Part shown: piece after piece, positions 60,371 to 64,000 of the stretch
Layout: each line of letters starts with the position of its first letter
How positions within the stretch are numbered: the first letter of the stretch is position 1
Assembly (NCBI GenBank): GCA_963695345.1
Contig: OY968769.1
Location: forward strand, 1,600,001 to 1,664,000
Direction of reading: 5' to 3'
Origin: an uncultured Methanomassiliicoccales archaeon
GTDB lineage: Archaea > Thermoplasmatota > Thermoplasmata > Methanomassiliicoccales > UBA472
Length of the DNA stretch: 64,000 nucleotides
Notes under the pieces: model-generated
What the model was told of the DNA's origin: nothing
Databases searched by the model: none
The model's input: only the letters and a program-made list of their open reading frames with translations
Made by a program: the position numbers and the translations under genes

Positions 60371-61201
60371 ATGAGGCTCTTTGTATGCAGCTTGGAAGAC
60401 GTTGCCAGCGTTAACATCAGGGACAGGCTGCTAGAGAAAGGTGATTTCGAGGTGAGGGGCGAATATGAGGGTAACCTCGTCAAATGCATCGGCGACACCG
60501 CGATGATCACCATCAGGGAGAAGCATCTTTTCGCGGACAATCTCGACCAACAGGTCATGGACCGTCTCCACATCAAGGTCGATGAGGTCGTGTTCCTTTC
60601 CAAGCACCGCTCCGAGTCCAAGATCCCTACCTTGACCGTGCATCCCATCGGCAACTACGGCAACGCCGAGTTCGGAGGCAAGAAGGGCACACTGGTCCGG
60701 TCCGCCCCGCACCTGATGACCTCTCTCTTACGGGGCCTCAAGGTCAACGCGGCGGAACTGCCTTTCCAGGTATCGTTCGAGACCACCCACCACGGTCCTA
60801 TTCTGAAGAAACCAACGCTATTCATCGAGATCGGCAGCGACAAGACCAACTGGGAGAACCAGCGCGCCGCCCAGGTGATAGCGAAAACGCTTCTCGAAGT
60901 GGACGTCCAGGAGCACCCGGTCGCCATCGGCATCGGGGGTGGTCATTACGCTCCGAGGTTCACCGAGATCGCCCTGTCGAAGAAGATATCGTTCGGCCAT
61001 CTGTTCCCGAACTATGCCATGGAAGGCATGACCGAGGAGAGGTTCAGGGAAACGGTGGTTGCCGCGGCGAACGCAAGCTCGGCAACGCTGGCCTACATTC
61101 ACAAGAAGTCCATGCCGAAGGCGAAGGCCAACCGTATCAAGGAGATCGCCGAGTCATGCGGTCTCAAGGTGGTCGAGAGCGCCGACCTGGAAGACCTGTG
61201 A
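60371..61201 (+). CDS. dtdA: D-aminoacyl-tRNA deacylase (archaeal DTD2)
   Basis: SKHRS, LTVHPIGN, ETTHHGP, FIEIGS and GGGHYAP motifs. Confidence 0.92.
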   Translation: MRLFVCSLEDVASVNIRDRLLEKGDFEVRGEYEGNLVKCIGDTAMITIREKHLFADNLDQQVMDRLHIKVDEVVFLSKHRSESKIPTLTVHPIGNYGNAEFGGKKGTLVRSAPHLMTSLLRGLKVNAAELPFQVSFETTHHGPILKKPTLFIEIGSDKTNWENQRAAQVIAKTLLEVDVQEHPVAIGIGGGHYAPRFTEIALSKKISFGHLFPNYAMEGMTEERFRETVVAAANASSATLAYIHKKSMPKAKANRIKEIAESCGLKVVESADLEDL

Positions 61202-61205
61202 AGGT

Positions 61206-61913
61206 TCAGTCCAGTTCCGCCCCGCAGATGGGGCACTCGTCCCAGCTGGATTTGACCTGAGCGCCGCATTTCGGGCATTTCAGGCCCTTGCCCTTGGGCT
61301 TCTCGGGGGGCAGGACATACTCCTTCTCTTCCTTTGACTCCCTGCTTTTTGCCCACCGTTCCGGTAGCTCGCTCTCCTCCTCGTCCCTCATGACGTCGGC
61401 GAAAAGCGTCAGGGAACCGGCGATCGCCAATACCGCCCCGAAAACGGAAAGGAATGCTCCCGGTCCGTACGTCCCGTCGTTCCCGGCCGGTCCGATCACC
61501 AGGTCCTGAAGCCAGAATATCGATATCACCGATAGCAGCGACGTCGTCACCGCCAGCACCAGCGTGACCAAGGCGACCTCCCGCTTCCACCTTCCCTCGA
61601 CAATGGTCCGGGAGAGCTGGGCGACCGACGAAACGGCCAAGGCGATGCCGCCGAACGGCATGATCCACAACACGCCATAGTTACCGGAGAGACGGACCAG
61701 GTCAATGAAGTAACGGTGATCGACGGAATTATCGTCCATCTTGATGCCGGCCCAGCTGACCGCCGCCGACAAAGCGAAGAGCACGCCGGCAAAAATGCAG
61801 AAGGCGACACCCACCAAAAGGGCGTCCTGGTAGGTCGAGTGCGGGCGCTTGGCCTTCTCTATCCTTTTCTCAAGCTTTCGTTCCTTGGAATCGGAGCCCC
61901 CACCTAGCCTCAT
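61206..61913 (-). CDS. Membrane protein with C-terminal zinc ribbon
   Basis: Four TM segments; CPKCG-x9-CPICG. Confidence 0.75.
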   Translation of the reverse strand: MRLGGGSDSKERKLEKRIEKAKRPHSTYQDALLVGVAFCIFAGVLFALSAAVSWAGIKMDDNSVDHRYFIDLVRLSGNYGVLWIMPFGGIALAVSSVAQLSRTIVEGRWKREVALVTLVLAVTTSLLSVISIFWLQDLVIGPAGNDGTYGPGAFLSVFGAVLAIAGSLTLFADVMRDEEESELPERWAKSRESKEEKEYVLPPEKPKGKGLKCPKCGAQVKSSWDECPICGAELD

Positions 61914-61954
61914 AACAAACAGGCATGCGCTCCCAGGCCAATAATGTTATGCCA

Positions 61955-62639
61955 CTAATCCGTGACCAGCGTACCCTTGATCTTCCCGCCCTGGATGGCG
62001 GCCCTCATCTCCTCGATGTTCCGGCCGTTTATGATAAGGATCGGTATGTTCCTCCGGGCAGCGATGGACGCTCCCAGCGGATCGAAGACGTGCGAGGGGC
62101 CGGCGCGATGCATCCCATGGCTGACCAGCAGGTCCAGTTCCGAATGGGTGATGGTGTGCAGACGCTTCGCGTCCTTGACCATTCTCGGGTCGGCGGTGAA
62201 CGCCGCGTCCACCGATGTCCCGTTGACGATCCTGACCGCTCCGACCTTCTCCGCCAGCATGGCGCTGACCGCGTCGGTCGTATGGCCCGGGACGGTTCCG
62301 CCCATGACCACGATCTTGCCTCCCTTCGAGGCTTTCTCCGCATCTTCGATGGTGGCCGGGATGTGATCGATCGCCAGGTCGCCCAACGAGAGCGCCACAA
62401 GCTTGGCATTGATCCGGGTGGTCATTATGCCGAGCTCATCCAGCTCGATGCTCGCTGGCCCCGATGCCGCGGCCAGTGGTGATGTAGTAGCGGGCCACCT
62501 TACCTCCGCCGCATACCAGGAGCAAACGGTATTCAGAAGACAGTTCCTTCAATAAGCTGGAAAGTACGGACAGGTGATCGGCGTCCTCCTCATCGGGGAT
62601 CAGAACCGAACCGCCCAACGAAACAACGACAGTATCCAT
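61955..62639 (-). CDS. pyrH: UMP kinase (frameshift near 62445)
   Basis: VVSLGGS, CGGGKVARYY, TRINA, GHTTDAVS and GTLV motifs. Confidence 0.9.
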
Positions 62640-62704
62640 GTGGGCACCAACAGCTTTATGTGGGTAATTGTTACTGCTAGAAAAAACCATAGGTTGTCAT
62701 AGAA

Positions 62705-63950
62705 ATGCAAGTTGACATTCAAGGGGAGCAGCTCTCCGACCGCCAGAAGTACGACTTCAAAAGGGCGCTGGAAGAGATAAGGACCCTCAAGGGAAGGGGC
62801 ACCGAGCTGATCTCTGTTTACGTTCCGCCGAACAAGCAGATATCCGACGTTGCCGCATACCTGCGAGAGGAGTTCTCACAGTCATCGAACATTAAGTCCC
62901 AGGGGACCAGGAAGAACGTCCAGGGAGCCATCCAATCGATTCTGGCGAGGCTCAAGTACTTCAAGGCCCCGCCGGCCAACGGGGTCATTTTCTTCGTCGG
63001 CGAGGTCGCCGCCAGCGGTGACCAGACAAGGATGGTGCAGTACGTCCTGGAGCCGCCAGAACCTATCACCACCTTCCTGTACCGATGCGACTCGGACTTC
63101 TACCTCGAGCCCCTGTCCGACATGCTCCTGGAGAAGAAGGTCTACGGACTGATTGTCATCGACCGGAGCGAAGCCACGCTGGGGCTGTCTGCGCGGCAAG
63201 AAGATAACCGTCATCCGCAACTTCGCCTCGCTGGTGCCTTCCAAGCACCGAATGGGAGGTCAGTCGGCACAGAGGTTCGAGCGTCTGATCGAGATATCCG
63301 CCAACGAGTTCTACAAGAAGGTGGCGGACATCGCCACCGAATCTTTCTACAACCTGGACGGTCTTCAGGGCATCCTCATCGGAGGTCCCGGTCCGACCAA
63401 GGACTACTTCAACACCGAAGGTTACCTGCATCACGAGCTGCAGAAGCGAGTGGTCGATACCTTCGATATCGGTTACACCGACGAGTATGGTCTGAAGGAG
63501 CTCGTCGACAAGGCCAAGGACCGCCTGCTGGACATGGACCTGATGCGCGAGAAGCGCCTGATTCTGCGTCTCCTGGAAGAGATCCGGAAGAACGAGGGTT
63601 CATTGGCGACCTATGGTGAGGACCAGGTTCGCGCGGCCATCAAGATCGGGGCGGTCGAGGTGCTCCTCCTTTCGGAAGGCATCAGGAAGCGCCGCCTGAC
63701 GATCGAATGCGCGTCCTGCGGTACAGTGTCGGAGATGACCGTTTCCGAAGTGCCCAGCATCGTCCAGTGCCCCAAGTGCCATGTCAACGCCGGGGTGACC
63801 AAGAACATGGACATAGTGGATGACCTGTTCGAGCAGGCGGAATCTATGGGCACTAAAGTGGAGCTAATATCCAGCGACTCTGAGGAAGGGGACATGTTGC
63901 TGAAGGCGTTCGGCGGGATCGCCGCCCTGCTCCGATATTCGACCGGGTGA
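62705..63950 (+). CDS. prf1: Peptide chain release factor aRF1 (frameshift near 63188)
   Basis: [24 protein letters not shown] and [10 protein letters not shown] motifs. Confidence 0.93.
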
Positions 63951-63955
63951 TCCAA

Positions 63956-64000
63956 ATGGATGCGATGGGCCAGTTCAAAGAAGAGGTAGTATGGGCGGTC
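63956..64000 (+). CDS. 5' end of the next gene (unidentified; possibly argS)
   Basis: GGTGAT SD-like site followed by ATG, reading MDAMGQFKEEVVWAV; too short to identify. Confidence 0.35.
   Translation, partial: MDAMGQFKEEVVWAV

Noticed and set aside
61206-61913. Zn-finger membrane protein (and the 18023-18226 protein) as the missing RING E3
   Set aside because: Simple zinc-ribbon ligand patterns rather than the 8-ligand cross-brace RING, and not linked to the operon
63170-63200. Programmed autoregulatory frameshift in aRF1 (prfB-like)
   Set aside because: There is no stop codon or slippery run at the shift (CTG T CTG), the first frame stays open to 63619, and it matches the window-wide indel pattern
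1-64000. CRISPR arrays, rRNA, transposases or prophage; the many antisense ORFs in the track
   Set aside because: No periodic repeats or mobile-element motifs were seen; the antisense ORFs are shadows of GC-rich genes

Overview
This is an archaeal chromosomal window, most consistent with a Methanomassiliicoccales-like Thermoplasmata genome. The evidence is the rpl18e-rpl13-rps9-rpoN-tRNA-Pro cluster, aRF1, archaeal TrpRS/PheRS/DTD2, TATA promoters and tandem-HTH Lrp paralogues; the taxon is an inference. From left to right it holds a DAP lysine operon, repair and cofactor genes, an accessory and stress block (about 19-44 kb) that includes an unusual kdpB-kdpC::A-kdpD locus, ribosomal genes, a DUF4011 helicase-nuclease and translation genes. 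The main finding is a compact minus-strand ubiquitin-like conjugation operon at 51927-54181. It encodes an E1, an 80-aa Ubl ending GG-N, a UBC-type E2 (HPN...C) and an Rpn11/CSN5-like JAMM protease, with no RING E3 in the window. The ORF track fragments or hides these genes because of frameshifts. About a dozen single-base frameshifts, including in the essential pheS, pyrH and aRF1, point to uncorrected sequencing indels, so split genes are reconstructed here rather than called pseudogenes. All family calls come from manual motif recognition; no database searches were run.
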